From IMG/VR virus record IMGVR_UViG_3300031857_000010, positions 152,700 to 216,699 of that record: 64,000 nucleotides of DNA; one strand, 5' to 3'. Shown piece by piece: positions 42,501 through 52,137 of the stretch. The notes under the pieces are model-generated. The model was not told the origin of the DNA and ran no database searches. It saw only the letters and a program-made list of their open reading frames with translations. The position numbers and the translations under genes were made by a program. Position 1 is the stretch's first letter, and the number at the start of each line of letters is the position of its first letter.

Positions 42501-43310
42501 CTAATAACAATACTGATCGTATAAATCCATATACTCAGATTTAACATCAATGTAATTACTCTTCTCTAAAAATGCCTTTGGCATCCTCATCCATACATTC
42601 TTTTCAATATAAGGAGCCTTTACATACCACTTCCTTTTCTTTAAAATCGCCCCATAAAACATTATATAGGAATTTGCCTTCTGAATATATTCAACCCTAT
42701 CTATATTCAATAATTCATAATTACGAATCTTCTCCACAGTCCTTTTCTCACAATCCAATTCTATATCTATACAGGATTTGATTATCTTATGGATTTCCCA
42801 ACCCTGTAACTCCTTACCATTTATCCACTCTTCCAGTAAATCATATACATCCTTTCCCGCTAATTGACCATTTGACCATATAGAAGATTTTCCTAACCAC
42901 TGATCCATATGACAAGACTCATGTAATAAAATCAATAACCAATCCTGTTTTGAACCACCAACAGCTAATCCCAATTCCGGTTGATTCCCATTCTCGTCAC
43001 CCATGAAATATCCAGATACCATCATTTTACCATCAGGTGGATATCCTATCTTTTCCTCGTTGGAAATATTGAATTTGACCCCATGTGACTTTGCCGTGAA
43101 ATAAATGTTCTTGATGACTTCTTTTTCACCCATCTCAAGTCTGTCCCAATTCCTGTTATCTATCTTTAATTCCAAACGTAATCGCTCCTCCCAAGAAAAT
43201 AATTTCGAGAATACCCCACCTATTCCATGAACAGTGTATATATCCCATGATAGATAAATTAAACTACCAACTATTAATATTACCAGTAATATAAAGAAAT
43301 TCATATCCAT
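42501..43310 (-). CDS. membrane-anchored HExxH protein
   Basis: N-terminal TM; LLHESCHMDQW...ELDCE. Confidence 0.65.
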   Translation of the reverse strand: MDMNFFILLVILIVGSLIYLSWDIYTVHGIGGVFSKLFSWEERLRLELKIDNRNWDRLEMGEKEVIKNIYFTAKSHGVKFNISNEEKIGYPPDGKMMVSGYFMGDENGNQPELGLAVGGSKQDWLLILLHESCHMDQWLGKSSIWSNGQLAGKDVYDLLEEWINGKELQGWEIHKIIKSCIDIELDCEKRTVEKIRNYELLNIDRVEYIQKANSYIMFYGAILKKRKWYVKAPYIEKNVWMRMPKAFLEKSNYIDVKSEYMDLYDQYCY

Positions 43311-43379
43311 AACCCCTTTTTTATTTTTTTAATAATTTATAATTTCTTTTATTAAGGACAAATATAATAATTATTTTAA

Positions 43380-44186
43380 TTATTTCGCAACTTGGTCAAA
43401 AACCAATTCATAATTGTGAAAGAAAAATTCCATGTTCCTCCCACTTACCACATCGAATATCCTTTTAATATCCCCATCGAATTCCCCCTCAATTACCGCA
43501 GACTCCAATCCAATCTCCGCTTGGTTTAATACAACCCTTAGAAATTCATCGAACTTGTCGCAAAATGAGTCAAAGTCATTGATGTCCTCCATACCCATTT
43601 TTACTTGGAATAACATAGAACTCCCAAATACCATCAGACCAAACGGATCAGTCAAAATGTGGTTCTTGTAACAATTGTACTTTGACCCCTTGTGAATTAC
43701 CGGATTGTACTTCATAAGATCCTTTAAAGGACTTTGAAACGATTCTATGTTGTAAATATTCGTACCCAACTTATATAGAAACTCGTTTATTAAACCACCC
43801 AATACCTCGTCCCTCATGGCGTAAACCGCTTCCTCAGTATTGTAAACTCCACCCTTCTGATATAATTCCGTGTCCTTGAAAATATAACTGAAAAGGTTCT
43901 CATCCCCCTTATTTACCCGGTTCTCGAAATTCCTTAAGAAACCCTCGTGTGCTGCCAAAATTGATGTATTGATTATTTCCTTACTGATTCCCTCAAAGTG
44001 AACCTTCTTGGTGATCTCTGCCCTTTTGTAATATGACAAAGCATGAATGTAATTACTCATCTCCAGATCGTTCTGAGCAGCATACAGAAAACTACCCGAA
44101 CTAAAACTTCTGTAAAAAGCTAGTAACTCCTCGCCAGTCCATTTTTTTGATTCCTGCTCCATTTGGTAATTTGTCTCCTTCTTCAT
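43380..44186 (-). CDS. hypothetical protein, paralog of 18495-19232
   Basis: KYNPVIHKGSK motif; ECF-type promoter at 44217-44243. Confidence 0.7.
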   Translation of the reverse strand: MKKETNYQMEQESKKWTGEELLAFYRSFSSGSFLYAAQNDLEMSNYIHALSYYKRAEITKKVHFEGISKEIINTSILAAHEGFLRNFENRVNKGDENLFSYIFKDTELYQKGGVYNTEEAVYAMRDEVLGGLINEFLYKLGTNIYNIESFQSPLKDLMKYNPVIHKGSKYNCYKNHILTDPFGLMVFGSSMLFQVKMGMEDINDFDSFCDKFDEFLRVVLNQAEIGLESAVIEGEFDGDIKRIFDVVSGRNMEFFFHNYELVFDQVAK

Positions 44187-44226
44187 AATTTGTTTTAAAT
44201 ATTTGTTTCGTATTTGAACGTATTTT

Positions 44227-45200
44227 TTATTCACAAAGTTACAAACTTATCCACACCTCAGGGAGAGATAGATATACACAGGGAGAAGTTGATATCCATA
44301 GGGAGAACTATACTTTTTAATTTAAAAGTTATTTGACCATCTATTTATCCGAATTTATTCCTGATCTATTTTTTTTAATTAATTTATTTTTTTTGAATTA
44401 ATTCGTATTGGTATTTGACTTTGAATTAATTTATTTATTAATTCTTTTTTGTGGGGAGAGCTAAGCTTTGTTTTTTTTATTTAATTAATTTATTTAATTA
44501 TTTTTTTACCGATGATTTTAATTAAAGAATTAATTTTATTATTGTTTGTTTTGGTATTTTACTATGGGGAGAACTTATAATTTATTTATTATTTTATTTA
44601 ATTTATTTGACCAATTTTTTTTGACCAAAAAATGCAGGTTTGAATTCCGTCTACATTCTTCTCAACCATCGATTTTTTGCTGTTTTGGATAGGGAGAAGT
44701 ATAGACATGCTGGAATTTAACCTAATGATCGATTTTTTGTGGGATACAGTGGTAAAATGTGGGATAAAGTACTCAAAAAAATGTAGATATAGTTCACTTA
44801 ATTTTTTAAATACATTTTTTTCAACTCTGTACATTTTTTTTTCTAATTTTTTTCCCAGAAAATTCTCAACCAATTATGTGAAAGTCAAATACTTAAGTCA
44901 AATACCAAATTAATTTTTAATTTAATTTGTTGATAATCAGTCAAATACCTCAAAAAACAATAGAAACTTTTAAATTTAAAAGAAACTTTTAGATTTAAAA
45001 TTGGAATTTAACGATGGTCTTTGACTGTGGTAATAATTTTAAATTAAAAATTTTAAATTAAAAGTGGGGGAATGTGGGAATTTTAAATTAAAAAAAACTT
45101 TTAATTTGGACTTTGACTGTAGGTAATTTTAAATTTAAAAAGCTGATATATTTTTAATTAAAAAAATAATTAAATTAAAATAAATTTTAAATTTAAAAAG
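44227..45200. other. candidate replication origin / large non-coding region
   Basis: DnaA boxes TTATTCACA (44227) and TTATCCACA (44247); GGGAGA repeats; AT-rich stretch; TTTTAAATT(T)AAAA repeats. Confidence 0.5.
44259..44315 (+). repeat. 20-bp-period iteron-like direct repeats
   Basis: AGGGAGA at 44260, 44280, 44300; further GGGAGA copies near 44454, 44567, 44691. Confidence 0.7.
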
Positions 45201-45403
45201 GGGCTGTTGTTTAACCTGAGGGTTTTAAAATTAAACAAAAGATAAGGGGTTAAAAAACAACTGTTTGTGGTATTAGATAAATCCAAAAAAAGGGTGTCTT
45301 ATAATTTACATTATGTTAAATGAATTAGAAAAATCCAACCAATAAAAAATCCCCAGTGGGTCAAAGACCAAACACCGGGGATTAAGGAAGGGGGGCTTAT
45401 TAA

Positions 45404-45838
45404 TTAATCTTGTGATTTAAATTCTTCTGACTCTTTTAAATCTATTCGGATCTTTTGAGTTTTGTTTACGGTTTCCAGAAAAAGATTCCAAGTTTTGGTT
45501 CCGGAGTTCCGGGTATTCATAAAATGCTTTTCAGTGATCTGATCCACGAAATAAAAATCAGATGAAATTTTACGAAGGATGTTCTTTAACCTAGAGAACA
45601 TAATTTGTTTTTGTCTGGAATCTGGGTTGGATAGAAAATCTTCTATATAATTTAAAAGTTCTTCTACTGTCAAATTCCCTTCAGTAAAGGTTGGGATTTT
45701 TTCCCCGTTAAGCCAAGCGACTCTTTTTGCAGCTTCTAGTTTTGAGTGGAAATTTGACTCTTCGATCCATTTTCCTACCGGGGTATAAAAACCTACAGTC
45801 CAAGTCCCATGAGCTTTTTCATAATAGATATATTTCAT
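45404..45838 (-). CDS. hypothetical protein
   Basis: WTVGFY.P.G.W..ES......EAA.RV..LNG module. Confidence 0.65.
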   Translation of the reverse strand: MKYIYYEKAHGTWTVGFYTPVGKWIEESNFHSKLEAAKRVAWLNGEKIPTFTEGNLTVEELLNYIEDFLSNPDSRQKQIMFSRLKNILRKISSDFYFVDQITEKHFMNTRNSGTKTWNLFLETVNKTQKIRIDLKESEEFKSQD

Positions 45839-46236
45839 TAGTTATAATTAGGGATGGTAAAATACCTCTGAAAGAATTCCGGGGTTACGAGGTCTTTGAC
45901 AGTACTGAGGTCTTTGACGGTACCTACGAGCATGCCATTTTTTTTGGTGAATATTGATCCCGCATCAGGAAAACAGTAAACACCATTTTCGTTAAGGGTT
46001 GCTATTATTCTTATGAAGAATAGTTCATTTTGTTTTTTTTGTTCCAGTGTCATCTTGAATTTAAACGTAAGGGACCTGCGGGAAGTTACAGGTCGATTTA
46101 ATATTTCAGATATACGATTATTAAAAAATAATTTACATTTTTGGGTAAAATTTCAGTTGAAGAAAAAAAATATAATTTTCTTAAACCTTTTTTAGTTATA
46201 TTAGTATTGATTGTAAAGGAAGTAAAAAAACAATAA

Positions 46237-47088
46237 ATGAGCAAGATTTTAATTATACTGGTTCTTTTACTCAGGATCCCAACCTGCAGGAACGTTGATC
46301 ACGAATTTGTGGACGGGGAAGACATGAGCAAAAAGGAGCCTTATAAATATTATGAGCTTTGTCTTAGGTCCATGTTAACGAATCCGGATTCCATGAATTT
46401 TGGACTGGGACCGGTGGTTCCTCCTATTAACAGTTTAAATTCAAAAGTTTTCCATGATACATTAGTTGATCAGACTATTGAATTAAGGTTAATGACGGAT
46501 GACGGAATGAATATAGTATTTAGGAATTTGACCAATCCTGAGATTTATAATGATATTGAATCTTATGAATTCAAGGCTTATGATTCAAAAAATAATATTG
46601 TTTACCTATCACATAAAAAACAATATGGATACTTCAGGTTCTTTGGAGTCAGTTTAAATACCGGGAACCAGTTTACCGTATATGTTAATGATACTCGGTC
46701 ATCCAATGAAAAAATGTATTCTTGGAAATATTCCCCGGATATGGATTATTTGTTGAAGTCTGGTGATCTAGATAATGATATTTACGGTTGGGGTCTGGTT
46801 ACGCTAAAAAATGGACAGGAGGGTCAAGCGATGTTTGAAAGATATACTGAATTTGTGACTAATATTAAATGGGTGACTTTTGACCAATTCAGTTATGTTC
46901 TTACCAAGATTCCTTTCCGGGATGGATATAAGTATGATAAGGATTATGAATTTTATTATTCGTTGATGGAGGGGAATGCTCTTCCCGGGATTAGATTAAA
47001 CGGAGATTACCTGTATCCAGTTACATATATTTTGGATGTCAAAGGCCATTTAATATCAGAAAAGATGACTGAAGTTAGGATAAAATGA
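46237..47088 (+). CDS. hypothetical exported protein
   Basis: 283 aa, hydrophobic N-terminus; TAAAC-N16-AGTATTGA promoter at 46182-46210. Confidence 0.7.
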   Translation: MSKILIILVLLLRIPTCRNVDHEFVDGEDMSKKEPYKYYELCLRSMLTNPDSMNFGLGPVVPPINSLNSKVFHDTLVDQTIELRLMTDDGMNIVFRNLTNPEIYNDIESYEFKAYDSKNNIVYLSHKKQYGYFRFFGVSLNTGNQFTVYVNDTRSSNEKMYSWKYSPDMDYLLKSGDLDNDIYGWGLVTLKNGQEGQAMFERYTEFVTNIKWVTFDQFSYVLTKIPFRDGYKYDKDYEFYYSLMEGNALPGIRLNGDYLYPVTYILDVKGHLISEKMTEVRIK

Positions 47089-47279
47089 CGGCATTTGACT
47101 CAATATGACAAGGTTTTTAACATTATGGTTAAAAAAGTTAGAAATATAACAATATAAAAATCAACAAGTTAGGAAAGACAAAGATTATTTATTCACATTG
47201 CTTGTCTATGTCATAAAAATAACAGATATTTGTCTTCTAAGTTATTAATTAAGTTAAACAATATAAATCAACGAGGAAC

Positions 47280-47957
47280 ATGAAAAATTCAAGGAAGGAA
47301 AAAAAGGCCAAGTTTGCAGATAAGGATCTACAAGATCTTAAGATGCTAGAAGAAATCAAATCTGGAAATGTGAATGCATATGAGGTGATATACAACAGGT
47401 ATTACCGTTATATTCAGTATCACTGTTTTATGTCTGTCAAAGACCAGCAATTGGCCAATGATTTGACTGTAGAGATTTTGACAAAAATTTATTTAAATAT
47501 TGACAAATACTCGGTCAAGTATACTTTTAATTCTTGGGTGTGGAGTATTGTCAAGAATTACGTCGTAGATTATATAAGGAAGAATAAGAACGAACCAGTT
47601 AACAGCAATCGAAATGCATCGATCGCTATTCAGGAAACCAGAGATGAGGGATCTGAATTCAGCACAGTGTATTCGAACCAGTTGGATTCTGGAGATATTA
47701 ATCCGGAGGAATTGATGCAAGCCAAGTCTACAGAGAGGATACGTAGAGAATTTGTATTGAACTTGTTGAATGGTTTGAATGAGCGAGAGAGGATGATCAT
47801 CATTCATTATTACTTTGACGAGATGAGTTATGATGAGATTGCTGCTAAGCTTAACATTGGACTAAGCCTTATGAAGGTAACCTTGTTAAGGACCAAGGAG
47901 AAGCTCAAGAATAAGATCGGAAGTTTTGACAAGATTTCTCACCTGCTTGCAGCCTAA
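47280..47957 (+). CDS. RNA polymerase sigma-70 factor, ECF subfamily
   Basis: Region 2 (AYE.IY.RY...LA.DL..E...K.Y.....Y.....F..W...I..N...DY.RK) and region 4 (L.ERER.I....YF..MSY.EIA..L.I.....K..L.R.K..L). Confidence 0.93.
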   Translation: MKNSRKEKKAKFADKDLQDLKMLEEIKSGNVNAYEVIYNRYYRYIQYHCFMSVKDQQLANDLTVEILTKIYLNIDKYSVKYTFNSWVWSIVKNYVVDYIRKNKNEPVNSNRNASIAIQETRDEGSEFSTVYSNQLDSGDINPEELMQAKSTERIRREFVLNLLNGLNERERMIIIHYYFDEMSYDEIAAKLNIGLSLMKVTLLRTKEKLKNKIGSFDKISHLLAA

Positions 47958-47971
47958 GCAACGGGTGATAT

Positions 47972-48439
47972 ATGAAAGAACTAAAAAGAATATTTAAAAG
48001 ATTAAAAAGATTTTTTGAAACGGATAGGTGGTTATTTCTGGATGATACCAGAGAGCCACCTATTCATTTAAAAAGAATATTCTATATTGTCCGTGATTAT
48101 GATGATTTTGTGGAGTACATTGAAACATATGGTATTCCGGAGATTATTTCCTTTGACCATGATTTAAATTTAGAGCATACTAATTTCTTTTTTGAGAATG
48201 GGGGTTTTAGGAATCCGCCAGATCCGAGATATGAGATTTTTAAATTTAAAACTGGATATGATTGTGCTTTATGGTTAATTGACTATTGTAAAAGGAACAA
48301 TAAAGAGTTAAAAAAGGTATTTGTACATAGTCATAATCCAATGGGTCAAAGAAACATTTACAACCTTATATGTAACTTTCAGAAAAAAGAATACGGTAAA
48401 ATAAACTGCAAAATAGTAAGATGGAAATACCAAAAATAG
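47972..48439 (+). CDS. cyclic-phosphate-processing receiver-domain protein (second copy)
   Basis: LFLDD.R.P, ISFDHDL, TGYDCA.WL, VHSHNP.G. Confidence 0.82.
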   Translation: MKELKRIFKRLKRFFETDRWLFLDDTREPPIHLKRIFYIVRDYDDFVEYIETYGIPEIISFDHDLNLEHTNFFFENGGFRNPPDPRYEIFKFKTGYDCALWLIDYCKRNNKELKKVFVHSHNPMGQRNIYNLICNFQKKEYGKINCKIVRWKYQK

Positions 48440-48617
48440 ATCCGAACTTAGACAATCAGATCAAGTTCGTAGAATTCATGATCGAGACACAGAATATTGA
48501 AATACTTGTGGCGATAAAAAACAGTCTTTTAGAACTAAAAAAGATAAAAGAAGAAAAAAAGATGTAACTTTGTGATAAGACATTACGTTTAAATTGAAAA
48601 ATCTAAAACTAAAAACT

Positions 48618-49058
48618 ATGTTTGAAATCATTAAAAACCTACCGGTACCTGAAAAAACAGTTGCATCTAAGATGCCAAAACGTGCTCCTAAATATCCATT
48701 TGCGGATATGGAGATTGGTGATTGTTTGGCCTTTAACGCAGAAAGTATTAAAGACCCAGTTTACAAAAATGTATATGGTTCAGCAATGGCATATGCTCGT
48801 CGTGTAAGAGAAGGTTACACATTCCGTTTCGGTAAAATCGAGGAAGGCAAGTTTGGTTGCTGGAAGATTGTCTCGACAAAAAATGTCAAAGTTGAAGAGC
48901 CAGAGAATAAGCGTAAACGCAATTCAACGATTAACATTACAAAAGACATGTTGATTTCAGCTTTAGAAAGTGAAGGTACATTGAATGGTGCTTCTCGTAT
49001 TTTGAATATTTCGAGTAGGACATTTAGTCGGTTGAAACAAAAATTTGAACTCGTATAA
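48618..49058 (+). CDS. putative DNA-binding protein with C-terminal Fis-like HTH
   Basis: KYPF..M.IGD N-domain; AL...G....ASRIL.IS.RT..R; ECF-type promoter 48563-48593. Confidence 0.65.
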   Translation: MFEIIKNLPVPEKTVASKMPKRAPKYPFADMEIGDCLAFNAESIKDPVYKNVYGSAMAYARRVREGYTFRFGKIEEGKFGCWKIVSTKNVKVEEPENKRKRNSTINITKDMLISALESEGTLNGASRILNISSRTFSRLKQKFELV

Positions 49059-49091
49059 GTATTTAACAACAATTTAAAAACAACTTCTAAA

Positions 49092-49763
49092 ATGAAAAAC
49101 ACTATTTTCTACGTTATTGCTTTTTTTGGTGTAGTAAGCTTGAGTAGCTGCTATACTACACAAAGTGTTCCTTACAATGATTACAAGTTCAGCTTGGTAG
49201 ATCAGCAAGGAAATGTCAAAGACACTGGTGATGCTTTGACTTACACTGATTCCACCATCATTGCCTCTTTCGCTGTTGGCAAGAAAGATATTTCTATGGT
49301 TATGAGAAATCAATCTTCCAGTACGATCAAGGTTCTATGGGACGAATCATTGTTTATTAAGAATGGTAATCCCGGAAAGGTGATGCATGCTGGAGTCAAA
49401 TTCACTGACCGCAATCAAGCACAGCCTCCAAGTGTGATTCCTGCGGGTACGACATTTGACGATGTAATTGTACCTACGGATAATGTTTATTGGAGAGAGG
49501 GTTATTACAGTAAGTACGGTTCATCTCCGGGTGGATGGGAAAAGAAAGATCTATTACCATCTTATACTTCTAAAGGTGATCAGTTCGGAGTGTTCATGCC
49601 AATGACTGTTGGTGGTACCACAAAGGAATATAATTTTAATTTCCGTGTGGAGGATACGAAAACTGTATACAAGCAGGAGAGAACCATGGATGTTGCTAAA
49701 ACAACTTGGTTGACAATTGGTCTGACAGTGGTGCCTCTAATTATTCTGTTGGGTTCATATTAA
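49092..49763 (+). CDS. lipoprotein
   Basis: Lipobox LSSC; C-terminal TM. Confidence 0.72.
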   Translation: MKNTIFYVIAFFGVVSLSSCYTTQSVPYNDYKFSLVDQQGNVKDTGDALTYTDSTIIASFAVGKKDISMVMRNQSSSTIKVLWDESLFIKNGNPGKVMHAGVKFTDRNQAQPPSVIPAGTTFDDVIVPTDNVYWREGYYSKYGSSPGGWEKKDLLPSYTSKGDQFGVFMPMTVGGTTKEYNFNFRVEDTKTVYKQERTMDVAKTTWLTIGLTVVPLIILLGSY

Positions 49764-49787
49764 TAATTTAAATTAAAAAATATAGTT

Positions 49788-50453
49788 ATGGGAATTCTTT
49801 GTAAAATGTTGGATCACAAGAATGAAGCTATAAACTTCTGGGGTGAAAACTGCGAATATCTTTTGTTCAAATGCAAACGTTGTAATCATGAGGAGATCTT
49901 TTGTTCTTACGAAGGCAAAATTCTCAACAATGATGAGTTTGGAAAAAAGGTTTTAGACAAGATGATGAAAGACAAGGAATTCTCAAAAGCTTGTCATATC
50001 CACAGTCAGTTTGTAAAAGCTGAGCATAGCAATCCTTTTAATTTCAAAAAGCAAGAGGAGGAATATGAAAGGATCAGGAAGGAATTTAATTTGACGGGTT
50101 TAAAAAGACCAGCATGTCCAATTGAATTATTCCGTGCGGGATTGTGGAAGGACATAAAGAATGATTCTGGTACGGCAAAGAAAAAGTCAAATACCAAAAT
50201 CAAGACCAAACCTATTGTAAATGATCCGGAGCCGGATAATGAGCAGGGAGAGATTTACAATGTTTTCGAACCAGAAGACAATTCTTTTACCAACAAGGTC
50301 AAACCTATAAAATATAGTTTTGAATCTATCAGCAAGGGAGAGACTCTGGAAGAGCTTGAGAGATTAGAAAAGATCTATGCAGCTAGGGAGAATTATGAAA
50401 AGGCTGCTGATATTTACAAAAAGATTCAAAAGCTCAAAATGAACAAAAAGTAA
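49788..50453 (+). CDS. hypothetical protein with C-terminal UVR (UvrB/C-type) motif
   Basis: ENYEKAADIYKKI. Confidence 0.6.
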   Translation: MGILCKMLDHKNEAINFWGENCEYLLFKCKRCNHEEIFCSYEGKILNNDEFGKKVLDKMMKDKEFSKACHIHSQFVKAEHSNPFNFKKQEEEYERIRKEFNLTGLKRPACPIELFRAGLWKDIKNDSGTAKKKSNTKIKTKPIVNDPEPDNEQGEIYNVFEPEDNSFTNKVKPIKYSFESISKGETLEELERLEKIYAARENYEKAADIYKKIQKLKMNKK

Positions 50454-50479
50454 CCCTTAACCCAAACCACACCACGAAG

Positions 50480-50509
50480 ACCCGCAGGATTTATCTGCGG
50501 GTTTTTTTT
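50480..50509 (+). terminator. intrinsic terminator
   Basis: ACCCGCAG-GATTTAT-CTGCGGGT followed by a T-tract. Confidence 0.85.
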
Positions 50510-50947
50510 GTTTATTATAATATTATAATTAATTTTATTAAATGGAATTCATAGAAAATAACTTTGAGATAGAGCATATTAATTTGACTGATGCAAATTA
50601 TATAAACTTAAATATAAATGATAAGCTGAAAGGTGTTCGTAGGAATCAATACGGTTTGGTCTTGTCAAAGATCAAATTAAAAAATAATGATGTTTACGAG
50701 ATAGTTTTAAATTCTAACTCTAACGATAGAGCTACTGTAAGGTCGTATGTTGATGGGGATGAAAAATTAGATTCCTATTCTATACAGGAATACTTTATTA
50801 ACGGAAAAAATAATTATTTAGAATTCAGTAATGAATCTTACTGTATGGTAATCAATTCAAATGAACCGATGAAAAACAAATATGTTTTTTCTGATTACCG
50901 GGATGCGATTGGATATTTAGAATCGCTTGAAAAATAAGTTGTGGTAA

Positions 50948-51421
50948 TTAAATAAAATTTAAAAATAATTCATCATCATACTTTGTGTGTTTTTCTGCAT
51001 GACAATTAGAACAAAGCATGATACATTTATCTAATTCTTTTTTGATAAATTCCCATGATTTGTGATTCATTTCAGCAATTGAAAAATCTTTTTCATCTGG
51101 ATTCAGATGATGAAATTCTAAAGCAGCTAAACTTTTAGAATAACCACAATCTAAACACTTCCCCCCTTTATATTCTACTGCTCTTTTTTTTAATCTAAAA
51201 CGTCTAATTCTCGTTATACATGTTGCACAACATTTTCTATTATGAGAATTTTCCTTCAATTTTTTATTACACAAAGCACAATTTATATTTTTAATTTTTA
51301 CTCTAAAAATTTTATGCTTTTTTAACCACTTAGCTATTGTTGTTCTATGAACATTGTATAATTTCCCAATTTCAATGTTAGTTTTACCTTCATTAATTAA
51401 TTTTTCCAAATCTTTTTTCAA
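50948..51421 (-). CDS. HNH endonuclease with N-terminal HTH
   Basis: HTH (EIGKLYNVHRTTI..W); GGKC..CGY.K...ALEFHH..P..K.F...ELDKC..LC.NCH...H. Confidence 0.88.
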   Translation of the reverse strand: MKKDLEKLINEGKTNIEIGKLYNVHRTTIAKWLKKHKIFRVKIKNINCALCNKKLKENSHNRKCCATCITRIRRFRLKKRAVEYKGGKCLDCGYSKSLAALEFHHLNPDEKDFSIAEMNHKSWEFIKKELDKCIMLCSNCHAEKHTKYDDELFLNFI

Positions 51422-51467
51422 AATATTTTTTAAAATAAATATTAAGAAAAAAAGAAAAATTACTTTT

Positions 51468-51506
51468 GGTATTCAAAAATTGCTCTACCAACTGAGCTAT
51501 ATTACC
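51468..51506 (-). pseudogene. tRNA 5' fragment (acceptor strand + D-arm only)
   Basis: GGTAATA-TA-GCTCAGTTGGTAGAGC-A with no anticodon or T arm after it. Confidence 0.6.
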
Positions 51507-51687
51507 TTTTACCTTCTATTATTACTTTTGGTTCTACTACTCCTTTTGATTCTAAGTATTTGACAGCGTTATAAATATTGTTATGAACTCTGTACGGTGT
51601 TCTAGGTATAAGGCCACATTTTGGTGGATACACATGAACGGAATCACTACAGGAAAAAGTAATAATTTTAGTTTCCATTTTTATTTG

Positions 51688-51807
51688 TAGTCAGGACAGG
51701 ATTCGAACCTGTATGAAGAGTATGTGTGTCTCTTCTCCTATGGGTTTACCTCAAGGGTTTCCATCTGCCATCGCACGTTGTAGCGTCTACCATTCCGCCA
51801 CCTGACT
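51688..51807 (-). ncRNA. tRNA-scaffold element 3 (69-nt insert)
   Basis: Same flanking arms as elements 1 and 2. Confidence 0.75.
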
Positions 51808-51897
51808 ATTTGTTTTTAAAATATCTTGTAACGGCAATTATGCCTAATATACAGATACTTGAATAAAATATTATCCAAGCCATAATTTTAATTTTTG

Positions 51898-52052
51898 TTG
51901 TCAGGACAGGATTCGAACCTGTATTGTGTAGAGGATAAGGCTTCAACGTCGGTCGTGCTACACCACCCGACAGTATTTTGACAACTCAAGGTTGTCCAAG
52001 TATGCTTAAGCACCATCACCTTATCGCTTGCGTTTCCGGTACGCACCTGACC
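51898..52052 (-). ncRNA. tRNA-scaffold element 4 (~106-nt insert, variant D-arm)
   Basis: GTCAGGTGCGTACCGGAAACGC-[insert]-TACAGGTTCGAATCCTGTCCTGAC. Confidence 0.7.
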
Positions 52053-52064
52053 ATTTAATTTATG

Positions 52065-52137
52065 TAGTCCATACGGGAATCGAACCCGTGTTTCCTCCGT
52101 GAAAGGGAGATGTCCTAGACCCCTAGACGAATGGACC
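52065..52137 (-). tRNA. tRNA-Glu(UUC), second copy
   Basis: GGTCCAT/ATGGACT; TCTCC-CTTTCAC-GGAGG; canonical. Confidence 0.92.

Noticed and set aside
44598-44913. Two overlapping ORFs in the non-coding region
   Set aside because: Low-complexity, mutually antisense, no recognisable motifs; more likely non-coding.
28957-52052. CRISPR array interpretation of constant/variable repeats
   Set aside because: Units are dispersed rather than tandem, flanks are tRNA arms, and no cas genes are in the window.
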